The notes beneath the pieces are model-generated. The model worked only from the letters and a program-made list of their open reading frames with translations, was not told where the DNA came from and ran no database searches. A DNA stretch of 64,000 nt, taken from NCBI GenBank assembly GCA_964407245.1, contig CAYOUY010000170.1:380-64379 (forward strand). The letters run 5' to 3'. Source of the stretch: an uncultured Acidobacteriaceae bacterium. Its GTDB lineage: Bacteria > Acidobacteriota > Terriglobia > Terriglobales > Acidobacteriaceae. The position numbers and the translations under genes were made by a program. Positions 18,770 to 28,010 of this stretch are shown here, piece after piece; position 1 is the first letter of the stretch, and each line of letters opens with the position of its first letter.

Positions 18770-21400
18770 ATGACGGATCAGACTGTCTCGCACTATCGCA
18801 TTCTCGAGAAGCTCGGTGCGGGCGGCATGGGCGTGGTCTACAAAGCTGAGGACATCCGCCTCGGCCGCATGGTCGCCCTGAAATTCCTTCCCGACAACGC
18901 CATTCGCGATCCGCGTGCGCTGGAGCGCTTCAAGCGCGAAGCGCGCGCCGCCTCCGCCCTCGACCATCCCAACATCTGCACCATCTTCGAGATCGACGAA
19001 GACGAGGGCCGTCCCTTCATCGTTATGCAGTTGCTGCAGGGCGCCACGCTGCAGGCGCGCATCGGCTACAGGCCGGTTCCGCTGGGAACGCTGTTCGACT
19101 GGGCGCTGCAGATCATCGACGCGCTCCAGGCCGCGCATACCAAAGGCATCATCCATCGCGACATCAAGCCAGCCAATGTCTTCATCACCAATACCGGACA
19201 GGCGAAGATTCTGGACTTCGGCCTGGCCAAGCTCACCGGGCCCGATCTGTCCAGCTCCGAAGGACCAACCCTCACCTCGACCGGCCCGCTCACCCACTCG
19301 GGCGCGGCCATCGGCACGGTGGCCTACATGTCGCCGGAACAAGCACGGGGGGAGCAGCTCGATGTGCGCACGGACCTCTTTTCGTTCGGCGTTCTGCTTT
19401 ACGAGATGGCGACGGGCAAGCAGGCCTTCTCCGGCCCCACCTGGGCCGTGACTGTCCATGCCCTCCTGGGCCAGGCTCCCATGGCCCTGAATGAGTCCGT
19501 GCCCGGATTGCCGCAGCGCCTGCAGGAGATTATCGACAAGTCGCTGGTGAAAAACCGCGAGATGCGCTACCAGACCGCAGCGGAGATCCATCGCGATCTC
19601 CTGGAACTGAAGAAGGACTACGAGGCCGGGAAAACGCTCAAGACGGTGCGCAGGGCAGCGGTGTGGTCGCCGCGAAGGAAGCTGCGGTTCGCCCTGGGCG
19701 CGTTGGCCGCAGTTTTGCTGGTGGCCGCAGTGTTCTGGGGGACGAAAATCTTGCGCCGCCTGGCCACGCAGGTCGTTACCACGCAAGGCGTGCAACCGGC
19801 GGCGCCAACGAGCGCGCGCAACAGCATCGCCATCCTGCCGTTCGCCACAGTCGAAGGCGATCCCAAGCTGACCGCATTCGGCAAAGGATTGCTGGAAGAC
19901 GTGGCGGCCAAGCTTTCGCAATTAAGCGCCAATCATGGCCTGGAAATCGTTCCGGCGCGAACGCTCGAAGACAAGAAAATCGCGTCGCTGGCAGATGCCT
20001 CCCGCGAACTGGGCGCGAATCTCGGCCTCGCCGTCTCGCTCGAACAGGCGAACGATCTGGTGCGCGCTTCCTACAGTCTGACCGACGCCAAAAGCGGCAA
20101 GAACGTCGGCGGAGATTCGATCACCGCGCCGGTTTCCGATCTGTTTACGATTGAAGACAAATTGACGAGTGGCATCGCCCGCGCACTCAATATTTCGCTG
20201 CGCACAGAAGAGCGGCAAGCGCTGGACACTCACGCCACCATCGTGCCTGAGGCCTATCAGTACTTTCTCCAGGGCGTAGGCTATCTTCAGTCTCAGCATC
20301 AGCGAGACGCGTTGACCAGCGCCGAGATCATGTTCAAACAGGGGCTCAAGCTGGATCCGAATTACGGTCCGGCGGAAGCGGGCCTGGGTGAAACATACTG
20401 GTTCTTCTATGACCTGACGAAGCAAAAGAATTGGATGGAGCAGGCGCAGCAGGCCTGCGCCAAAGCGATCGAACTGGGCAATGCCGGAGCCGAAGGCCAC
20501 ATGTGCCTGGGCACCATCGAGAACGGGACAGGACAATTTGAGAAAGCCGCCGAAGAGTTTACCCAGGCCATTCAGCTCGACCCCGTTAACGATCAGGCCT
20601 ATCGCCGTCTCGCCGAGGCCTACCAGAATCTCAATCAGCTCGACAAGGCCGAGGACACCTACAAGCGCGCCATCAGCCTCCGCCCCGACTTCTGGCACAA
20701 TTACAGCGCGCTGGGTGTCTTCTATTTCGGCGAGGCCGAGTACGACAAAGCGCAGGCCATGTTCCAGAAGGCGGTATCGCTACGGCGCAACAATTACGGT
20801 GACTATAGCAATCTGGGCGCAGTGTTGCTTTACGAAGGCAAAGACGAAGAGGCGACTCAGGCCCTGGAGGGATCCATCGCCATTCGGCCATCGTACGAGG
20901 CTTACCAGAACCTGGCCGAGGCCTATTTGCGGCTACGCAAGTTTGATCTGGTCGCCCGGAACATTCAGGCAGCTCTGAAACTGGACGACACCAACTACCA
21001 GACCTGGGGCAACCTGGGCGAGGCCTACTATTATGGCGGCAACAAACCGGCGGCTGCGGAGACTTACAAGAAAGCTATCTCCATGGCCGAGCAGCAGCTC
21101 AAGATCAACCCGCGCGATACCAACGTCCTGATCGATTTGGCCACCTACTGGGCCATGCTCAACGATCGCACCCGTGCCCTCGCCTATCTGGACCGCGCTA
21201 TGGAGGGTAACAGGAAGGACAAGGAGTTGCTTTTCCAGGCTGCTCTGGTGTACAACCAGTTGCGCGAAACCGGCACCGCTTTGGAGTGGTTAAGTAAGGC
21301 TCTGACCGCGGGGTACTCGAAGGCCACGGTAAGTAAGACTCCGGATCTGGATAACCTGCACGACAATCCCCGCTACCAGGCCTTGATGCACCAGAACTAA
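18770..21400 (+). CDS. Ser/Thr protein kinase with TM segment and C-terminal TPR repeats
   Basis: Hanks motifs GAGGMGVVYKA, HRDIKPANV, DFGLAK and YMSPEQ. TM helix LGALAAVLLVAAVFWG. Multiple TPR units. Confidence 0.92.
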   Translation: MTDQTVSHYRILEKLGAGGMGVVYKAEDIRLGRMVALKFLPDNAIRDPRALERFKREARAASALDHPNICTIFEIDEDEGRPFIVMQLLQGATLQARIGYRPVPLGTLFDWALQIIDALQAAHTKGIIHRDIKPANVFITNTGQAKILDFGLAKLTGPDLSSSEGPTLTSTGPLTHSGAAIGTVAYMSPEQARGEQLDVRTDLFSFGVLLYEMATGKQAFSGPTWAVTVHALLGQAPMALNESVPGLPQRLQEIIDKSLVKNREMRYQTAAEIHRDLLELKKDYEAGKTLKTVRRAAVWSPRRKLRFALGALAAVLLVAAVFWGTKILRRLATQVVTTQGVQPAAPTSARNSIAILPFATVEGDPKLTAFGKGLLEDVAAKLSQLSANHGLEIVPARTLEDKKIASLADASRELGANLGLAVSLEQANDLVRASYSLTDAKSGKNVGGDSITAPVSDLFTIEDKLTSGIARALNISLRTEERQALDTHATIVPEAYQYFLQGVGYLQSQHQRDALTSAEIMFKQGLKLDPNYGPAEAGLGETYWFFYDLTKQKNWMEQAQQACAKAIELGNAGAEGHMCLGTIENGTGQFEKAAEEFTQAIQLDPVNDQAYRRLAEAYQNLNQLDKAEDTYKRAISLRPDFWHNYSALGVFYFGEAEYDKAQAMFQKAVSLRRNNYGDYSNLGAVLLYEGKDEEATQALEGSIAIRPSYEAYQNLAEAYLRLRKFDLVARNIQAALKLDDTNYQTWGNLGEAYYYGGNKPAAAETYKKAISMAEQQLKINPRDTNVLIDLATYWAMLNDRTRALAYLDRAMEGNRKDKELLFQAALVYNQLRETGTALEWLSKALTAGYSKATVSKTPDLDNLHDNPRYQALMHQN

Positions 21401-21479
21401 GATGCACCAGAACTAAGACGCACAGATTTAAGTTACACCAGAACTGAGCTGCACCAGAACTAAACCGCAGCAGAACTAA
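21385..21479. repeat. five copies of a 16-nt unit (gaTGCACCAGAACTAA) spanning the kinase stop codon
   Basis: Copies at 21385-21400 (the last codons of the kinase), 21401-21416 (perfect), 21436-21447, 21448-21463 and 21464-21479. Confidence 0.85.
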
Positions 21480-21521
21480 GAAATTCACAAGGTCAATCAG
21501 ACCGGCGAGGAGAAGTTCACT

Positions 21522-21833
21522 ATGCCAATGCCAACAGTCACCCTGGGATCCGGAACGGCGTCGATTGATAAAGGTGAGGAGTTTGCGTGGGTAACCAACG
21601 TTACGGGCTCCATCACCGTCGATGCACAGATTATGCCGGACGGGAATCCATGGTTTACTCCAAACCCCTGCTCCTTCACCGGACCGGCAAGCGGTCCATT
21701 ACCCGACGGCTCCAACGTCGTGACCGCGGCCGACGAGCAGAGCCCACCGGGAGGATGGTCTTACACCTCGAACATCCCTCAGGGAAACGGCCACGTGATT
21801 GTTCACCTGCACGTGCACAAAAAAGCCGGCTAG
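21522..21833 (+). CDS. small hypothetical protein (103 aa)
   Basis: GAGGAG RBS 9 nt upstream of the ATG. No recognisable family, no signal peptide, His-rich C-terminus HVIVHLHVHKK. Confidence 0.5.
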   Translation: MPMPTVTLGSGTASIDKGEEFAWVTNVTGSITVDAQIMPDGNPWFTPNPCSFTGPASGPLPDGSNVVTAADEQSPPGGWSYTSNIPQGNGHVIVHLHVHKKAG

Positions 21834-22263
21834 GCTCGAACCGGAACAGTTGGAACTCGGGGCGCGGGCTTACTCGACGTTGCTGCGCCCCTTCCTCATC
21901 TTTTGCCGCCTCCAGAAGGTTCTGAATCTCCCCATCGCCGGAGCCGACCGGCCCTGTCAGCGCTTCTTCATTCCTCCTAATTCTTCCCGGAAAACTGAGC
22001 CCAATTGCAGTTTGGTCAGATGGCTTCTGCAGGATTTGTTTAAGCAGAAGATCTGATGGTCGTCCTCGCAAAGGGCAGGGCAATTAGAAGCCTGCCAGGA
22101 GGCCGTGCAACCCTCCGCAAGGTGCAAGGTGTCAAATCTGGCAGAACATTTTTTCGAGGCGGGGCGGAGGTTCCTTCTCCTGTACATGCAAAAAAGTATT
22201 CGCTGTGCGTTCTTTAAGTGAAGAGATAACAGGCTGTTGACGGGGCATTTGTGTGGAGGATCG

Positions 22264-25200
22264 ATGACGCGACGCCACTCGCAGGGGATCTCTGTCCGTT
22301 TGATTGTTTTTTCTGTTGCCGCTTTCGCTGCGGTCACCACTATTCTCAGTCTGCGCACGGCTGAGGCTGGGGCACCAGGGCCTTCTCTCATCGCCACATA
22401 CGCCCACGGCGTGCTGCGGGTGACCATACCGTATCGTGATGTCGCAACGGGAGCCGGTCAGCTCACCCTGCAATTACTCGATCCGGAAGATCACGTCGTT
22501 GGCCGGACAGAGCGGCGCCTCAAAACCGAAACCAGCTCCGGACGATGGAAAGAAGAGATTCATCTGGAAAAGCCGCTGCCGGTGGAAGATCTGGTCTGGC
22601 ACCGGGTGCGCTATCGCTTCGAATACGACGCCAGGAAAGTTGCAGCATTGGAGGGGACGGAGTCGCTTTCGCAGATTCTGCGCAGGCCGGTGATTCACAT
22701 TCTGGGACAGCAGTCGTATCTGGCCGGCGGGCAGGCGGCGGTGCGGGTGATCGTCAGCGATTCTCAGGATCAGCCAATCGCAGGCCGCGGATTGCTGGAA
22801 ATCTCGCTTCTCGAGGCAGACAAAAAGCCGCAGATTCTTTTTGAAGGCAGATTGAATCGCCGGGGAACAACCGAGGCGCAGTTCCACCTTCCGCCTGGAC
22901 TGATTGGCAACTATCAGCTGCGCTATGTCGCCGACACAACCATTGGGTCGACGGAGTTTTCCCAGAATGTTCGCTTGGAAGATAAAGTTTCCATTCTTCT
23001 GACAACCGAGAAGCCGATCTATCAGCCGGGGCAGACGATTCATGCGCGGGCGCTGGCATTGAACCGTGCCGACCATGCGGCAGCGGCGAAACGCAATCTG
23101 ACATTTGAAGTCGAGGATTCACGCGGCAACAAGGTTTTCAAGAAAGCCACCGAAACTGATGAGTTTGGCGTCGCCTCGGCCGAGTTCGCTTTGGCCGACG
23201 AGGTGAACCTGGGCACGTATCACCTGCGGGCCTTGTTGGGCAATGCCGATGCCCCGACGAATACCAGCGAGATCGCCGTCAATGTAGAACGATACGTTCT
23301 CCCGAAATTCAAAGTGGCGGTGGAATTTGGAGAAGAAGGAAAGAAACAGAAGCGCGGCTACCAGCCGGGCGATCACGTCATCGGTAAGGTGCGAGCGAAT
23401 TATTTCTTCGGTAAGCCGGTCGACAACGCCGAGGTGAGCATGAAGGCCTCGGCCATGGATGTGACCGTGTTCGAAGCGGGAACCGCTGAGGGGAAGACCG
23501 ACGCAGACGGAAATTATCATTTTGATATTGCCTTGCCGAAGTATTTCGCCGGCCGACCTCTGAGTCACGGCGTGGCGGGCGTGCTGATCGAGGCCACCGT
23601 CAAGGATTCCGCCGGCCATGCAGAAACGCGCGGGGAGCCGATTACGGTCAGCGATTCTCCGATATTAGTAACAGCAATCCCCGAGGGGGGAACGCTCGTT
23701 CCACATCTGGAGAATCAGGTGTTTATCCTTGCTTCCTATCCTGATGGGAGCCCGGCTAAGGGCATTATCACGGTTCGCGCTAGCGGCAGCACTGCTCAAG
23801 CGCTTTCCACGGATGAGGGAGGCGTGGCCGTCGCATACGTCACGCCAGAGGCCGGTAAACAGACGCTGGAAATTGAAGCCGCGGATCAGGAAGGAAACCG
23901 AGCCTCGAGCAAAGTGGAAGTGGAGGCTCGGGAGGGAGAAGAGCAGATTCTGCTGCGAAGCGAGCGCGCGGTATATCGAGCGGGGGAAGTGATTCACCTG
24001 AAGGTGTATTCCACGAATGCTCGGGGGGCTGTTTATGTAGATGTCGTGAAAGATGGGCAGACGGTGTTGACCCGCGACCTGGATATTGAAAACGGGCAGG
24101 CAGAGCTGGAGGTGCCGGCTACGTCCGAAATGGCGGGCACGCTCGACCTGGGCGCATACCTATTCGGGCGCGACGCCCGCCCGATCGGCGACCACCGGCT
24201 GATCTTCGTGCAGCCGGCGGACGAACTGAAGATTGAAACGGTGGCCGACGCCGCCAGCTACAAACCGGGCAGCGACGCCCGCATTCAATTTCGTGTGACC
24301 AATTCGCACGGCCAGGGAGTACACGCCGCGCTTGGACTTCAGATTGTGGATGAGGCGGTGTTCGCGCTGGCCGAAAAACAGCCGGGATTTGCCAAAGTGT
24401 TCTTTTATCTCGAGCAGGAAGTGATGAAGCCGCGCTACGAGATTCACTCCGTTGGTATGTCCGAAGTCGTCGGGTCGGGAGAACAGTCGCGGTCAGAAAA
24501 CAACGAACAGCGTGATCGGGCCGCCAGAGCTTTGTTTTCGGCCACGGAGATCGTGACGGCCAACAAGTTTGAGACCGAATACGGCAAGGACCTGCCGATG
24601 ACGAAATATGGCGAATACCGCCAGCGTTATCAGGCACGCTTTCAGGCGCAGGCGAATGAACTGGCGAAAAAGCTGACCAGGTCCTACCTGGAGAATCCGA
24701 AGGCCGGCGATCCCAGCCACGTCTATCGCGCGCTGGTTCGCTCAGGGGACGCCGCATTTCTTGATCCATGGGGCAACCGGCTGCGCTTTGAACCGGCGTC
24801 GTGGGACGCCTCCAGGAAGTATTACATCGTGCGCAGTCCCGGTCCGGACCATGAATTCAATACGGGCGATGATTTTCAGGCGATCCTGCTGTTTCAGCGG
24901 GCATGGATTGCGGGACCTCCAGGTCCTGACGCTTCCACGCTCGCCGTCACCATTGAGCACGATCGGGGGCCAGTGAATGGCAAAGCTCAAATCGTTGGAA
25001 CGGTCACGGATCCAAGTGGCGCAGTCGTACCGGGCGCTAAGGTCGAAGTGCGCGACGCAGCAAAGAATCAACCGTTGACAGCCAGCGCAGACGCGGTGGG
25101 GCAATTCAGCTTCCCGGCAGTTCCCCCAGGGGAATACAGGATTCAGGTCTCGATGGCCGGTTTCCGGATGGCGGCAGGGAAATGCAGCCTGCGCGCAAGG

Positions 25201-27606
25201 GACCGAGCGATTGTCTCGGCCAAACTTTCGGTAGGAGGGAGCTCGACTGTGGTGGAAGTAAGCGGAGCGGCTACGCTCGTAGAAACCGAAAACGCAGTGG
25301 TCGTCGCTGCTCCACAAGCGCAGCTCGCGAGGGGGGGCGTGATTGGTGGTGTTGCCGGGGGAGTTGCAGGGGGCAAGTTCTTGCTCAAAGAAGCCCCTTT
25401 ACCGGTCAATGGCCGCGACCTTACCGATCTCGTGGCCTTGAACAGCGCCGTGCTGGCCAAGGATAAATCCGCAGCTCCGGCGGCGCGAGTCCGATCCTAC
25501 TTTCCCGAGGCGCTGTACATCAATCCTGAAATCATCACGGACAAAGACGGACGCGCCAGCATTTCGATCCCAATGGCAGACTCGATCACCACCTGGCGCA
25601 TGGCGATGATCGCTTCCACGCAGCATGGCACGCTGGGCACGGCCACTTCGAGCCTGAAAGTATTTCAGGATTTCTTTGTCGATCTCGATCTGCCAGTCAC
25701 GCTGACCCAGGGTGATCGCGTTTCCATTCCCGTGGCCATCTACAACTATTCGGGCGCAGCCGGCGATGTGCGGTTGCAGCTTCAATCCGAAGACTGGTTT
25801 TCGCTGGTCGACGACACCGCCGAAAAATCGCTCGCCGTCGATTCCTCTCGCGTGGGCGGAGCGCAGTTCACGCTGGAAGCCAAGCGCATCGGCAAATTCA
25901 AGCTCACGCTCGCGGCGCAGATGAAGGGAACCGCGCAGCGGGCAGACATTGTTGTGCGGGAAGTGGAAGTGATTCCCAACGGACGCGAGCAGAATCTGGT
26001 ATTCAACGGACGCCTGGAAAACACGGTGCAGCACGAACTGGACTTCCCCTCAAGTTCAATTCCGGAAGCCAGCAAGATCTTCGTTCGGGTTTACCCCGGT
26101 CCGATGAGCCAGGTGGTGGAAGGCATGGACAGCATTCTGCGCATGCCGAACGGATGTTTTGAGCAAACGTCTTCGAGCACGTATCCCAATGTGCTGGCGC
26201 TCGACTACATGAAGCGGACAAAGAAGCTGACACCGGAGATTCATGCCAAAGCGGAAGGCTACATCGCAAACGGGTATCAGAGGCTGCTGACGTTCGAAGT
26301 GCCGGGCGGAGGATTCTCGTGGTTCGGAAACGTGCCCGCCAACAAGATTCTTACCGCATATGGACTGATGGAGTTTTACGACATGTCGAAGGTCTACGAT
26401 GTGGACCCGCGACTCATCTCAAGAACCCAGCAGTGGCTGGCTGGACAACAACAAAAGGACGGGAGTTGGAAACCCGACGCGCAGTTCATCAACGAAGGCG
26501 CGACGAATCGCTACAACACGGACGTGCTGCGCATCACTGCGTACATCGCGTGGTCGCTCAAGAACACGGGGTATCAAGGCCAGGCTGTGGAGCAGGCCAA
26601 ACGGTTTGTGGAAGCACACATGGCGGCGAAGGCGGACACCTACACCTTGGCAGTCATCGCCAACTTTGCCGCGAGCTACGGATCGGACCACGAATTCACG
26701 AATCAAGCGATCAAACTTCTGCTGGACGCGCGAACCGAAAAGGACGAGAAGGTTTGGTGGACAGCCGAGGAGACTGGAGTGTATGGCAGAGGCGAAAGCG
26801 CCAGCGTGGAAACCACGGGCCTGGCAGTGCAGGCGCTGCTCCAATCCGGCGAAGCCTCGGGCACCGCTCGTAAGGCTTTGAACTACATTGCCTCGAAAAA
26901 AGATGCGAACGGAACGTGGGGAACGACGCAAGCCACGATCATGGCGCTTCGCGCGCTGCTGACGGCTACAGAGAAAGGCACTGCGGATGTGCAAGGCACT
27001 TTGATCGTGTTGCTCAACGGGAAGCCGGCGGAAAAGCTGGAACTGACTGCCGCAAATAATGACCTGCTGCATCAGTTTGTCTTCAAGGATGTTGCGCAGT
27101 CAGCGCCGAGCACGGTCGAGCTTCGCTTTGAAGGCAAGGGCGGGCTCGCTTATCAGGTCGTTGGTCAGTACTTCCTGCCCTGGGACGAAAAGCCTGCTCT
27201 GGAGCCGCTTTCCATCGACGTAGTCTATGACCGAACTCACTTGGCGCAGGATGACCTGGCGACGGCGACGGCCACGATCAAGAACGACCTCAGCAAGACA
27301 GCCAACATGGTGATGGTCGACCTGGGCATTCCTCCGGGTTTCGATTTGCTCAGCGAGGACCTGCAGGAGTATCAGCAGAAGAGCGCCAGTCTGAAAAGCG
27401 GCCACCTTTCCAAGTTCAGCCTGACGGCCACGCAGGCCATTCTCTATTTTGACGCGTTTGCTGCCGGCGACACGGTGACGCTGAAATTCCGGCTGCGTGC
27501 CAAATATCCGATCAGAGCCCGCACGTTTCAGTCACGCGTTTACGAATATTACGATCCAGACGTGGCATCGGTGGCGCGGCCGGTGCTGCTGGAAGTGCAC
27601 AAGTGA
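22264..27606 (+). CDS. alpha-2-macroglobulin family protein with thioester motif and an inserted GspG-like plus carboxypeptidase-regulatory-like module
   Basis: GGAGG RBS before ATG 22264. MG-domain repeats, CxEQ thioester MPNGCFEQTSSS (26155-26166) and an alpha-helical TED region. The insert at about aa 830-1065 carries DPWGNRLRF...SPGPDHEFNTGDD and a CarboxypepD_reg-like domain. Confidence 0.9.
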   Translation: MTRRHSQGISVRLIVFSVAAFAAVTTILSLRTAEAGAPGPSLIATYAHGVLRVTIPYRDVATGAGQLTLQLLDPEDHVVGRTERRLKTETSSGRWKEEIHLEKPLPVEDLVWHRVRYRFEYDARKVAALEGTESLSQILRRPVIHILGQQSYLAGGQAAVRVIVSDSQDQPIAGRGLLEISLLEADKKPQILFEGRLNRRGTTEAQFHLPPGLIGNYQLRYVADTTIGSTEFSQNVRLEDKVSILLTTEKPIYQPGQTIHARALALNRADHAAAAKRNLTFEVEDSRGNKVFKKATETDEFGVASAEFALADEVNLGTYHLRALLGNADAPTNTSEIAVNVERYVLPKFKVAVEFGEEGKKQKRGYQPGDHVIGKVRANYFFGKPVDNAEVSMKASAMDVTVFEAGTAEGKTDADGNYHFDIALPKYFAGRPLSHGVAGVLIEATVKDSAGHAETRGEPITVSDSPILVTAIPEGGTLVPHLENQVFILASYPDGSPAKGIITVRASGSTAQALSTDEGGVAVAYVTPEAGKQTLEIEAADQEGNRASSKVEVEAREGEEQILLRSERAVYRAGEVIHLKVYSTNARGAVYVDVVKDGQTVLTRDLDIENGQAELEVPATSEMAGTLDLGAYLFGRDARPIGDHRLIFVQPADELKIETVADAASYKPGSDARIQFRVTNSHGQGVHAALGLQIVDEAVFALAEKQPGFAKVFFYLEQEVMKPRYEIHSVGMSEVVGSGEQSRSENNEQRDRAARALFSATEIVTANKFETEYGKDLPMTKYGEYRQRYQARFQAQANELAKKLTRSYLENPKAGDPSHVYRALVRSGDAAFLDPWGNRLRFEPASWDASRKYYIVRSPGPDHEFNTGDDFQAILLFQRAWIAGPPGPDASTLAVTIEHDRGPVNGKAQIVGTVTDPSGAVVPGAKVEVRDAAKNQPLTASADAVGQFSFPAVPPGEYRIQVSMAGFRMAAGKCSLRARDRAIVSAKLSVGGSSTVVEVSGAATLVETENAVVVAAPQAQLARGGVIGGVAGGVAGGKFLLKEAPLPVNGRDLTDLVALNSAVLAKDKSAAPAARVRSYFPEALYINPEIITDKDGRASISIPMADSITTWRMAMIASTQHGTLGTATSSLKVFQDFFVDLDLPVTLTQGDRVSIPVAIYNYSGAAGDVRLQLQSEDWFSLVDDTAEKSLAVDSSRVGGAQFTLEAKRIGKFKLTLAAQMKGTAQRADIVVREVEVIPNGREQNLVFNGRLENTVQHELDFPSSSIPEASKIFVRVYPGPMSQVVEGMDSILRMPNGCFEQTSSSTYPNVLALDYMKRTKKLTPEIHAKAEGYIANGYQRLLTFEVPGGGFSWFGNVPANKILTAYGLMEFYDMSKVYDVDPRLISRTQQWLAGQQQKDGSWKPDAQFINEGATNRYNTDVLRITAYIAWSLKNTGYQGQAVEQAKRFVEAHMAAKADTYTLAVIANFAASYGSDHEFTNQAIKLLLDARTEKDEKVWWTAEETGVYGRGESASVETTGLAVQALLQSGEASGTARKALNYIASKKDANGTWGTTQATIMALRALLTATEKGTADVQGTLIVLLNGKPAEKLELTAANNDLLHQFVFKDVAQSAPSTVELRFEGKGGLAYQVVGQYFLPWDEKPALEPLSIDVVYDRTHLAQDDLATATATIKNDLSKTANMVMVDLGIPPGFDLLSEDLQEYQQKSASLKSGHLSKFSLTATQAILYFDAFAAGDTVTLKFRLRAKYPIRARTFQSRVYEYYDPDVASVARPVLLEVHK

Positions 27607-27651
27607 CTCCCTTTTCGGACTAAGCGGATTGAGTTGGGGCAGAAGATTCGT

Positions 27652-27697
27652 TGGTCGGGGCGCGCGGATTTGAACCGCGGACCCCCTGCGCCCAAGG
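27652..27697 (-). repeat. 3' half of a tRNA-Pro gene (anticodon loop to CCA), att-like direct repeat
   Basis: tggtcggggcgCGCGGatttgaacCGCGGaccccctgcgcccaagg differs from the full tRNA-Pro at 56782 only by compensatory T-stem changes. Same orientation. Confidence 0.75.
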
Positions 27698-28010
27698 AAC
27701 GATAACCAACGCCATGTGATTGGTTCGCTTGGGTCGGCTCTGCGTCTTAAACGCTCATTTTGTGCCGTATTCGGTCGTTATTGGACCCAAATCGGACCCA
27801 AGTTTTTCACAATTTGCAGTCAAGAACGCCGACAGCATAGCCGCTAACTGGAGCGTCAACCCTACTGCGCCAGAATAGCGCCGGGCGGAGACAGCCACGA
27901 CTACCGTTCATGCAGATGAGGCCCGGAGAAGGCAACTGCCCAAAAGTGATCTCAGTCGTCCCGCTGGTAGCTGCCGCCAAATGATCATCTTCGTTGTCGC
28001 CCATGCGAAT

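Noticed and set aside
18740-19921. 393-aa ORF on the minus strand
   Set aside because: It is entirely antisense to the well-supported kinase domain. Its composition is Arg/Ala/Gly-rich and typical of high-GC shadow frames, with no motifs.
21385-21479. Possible CRISPR array
   Set aside because: The units are 16 nt and directly abutting, with no 25-40 nt spacers, no cas genes and no leader. It is a microsatellite-like tandem repeat.
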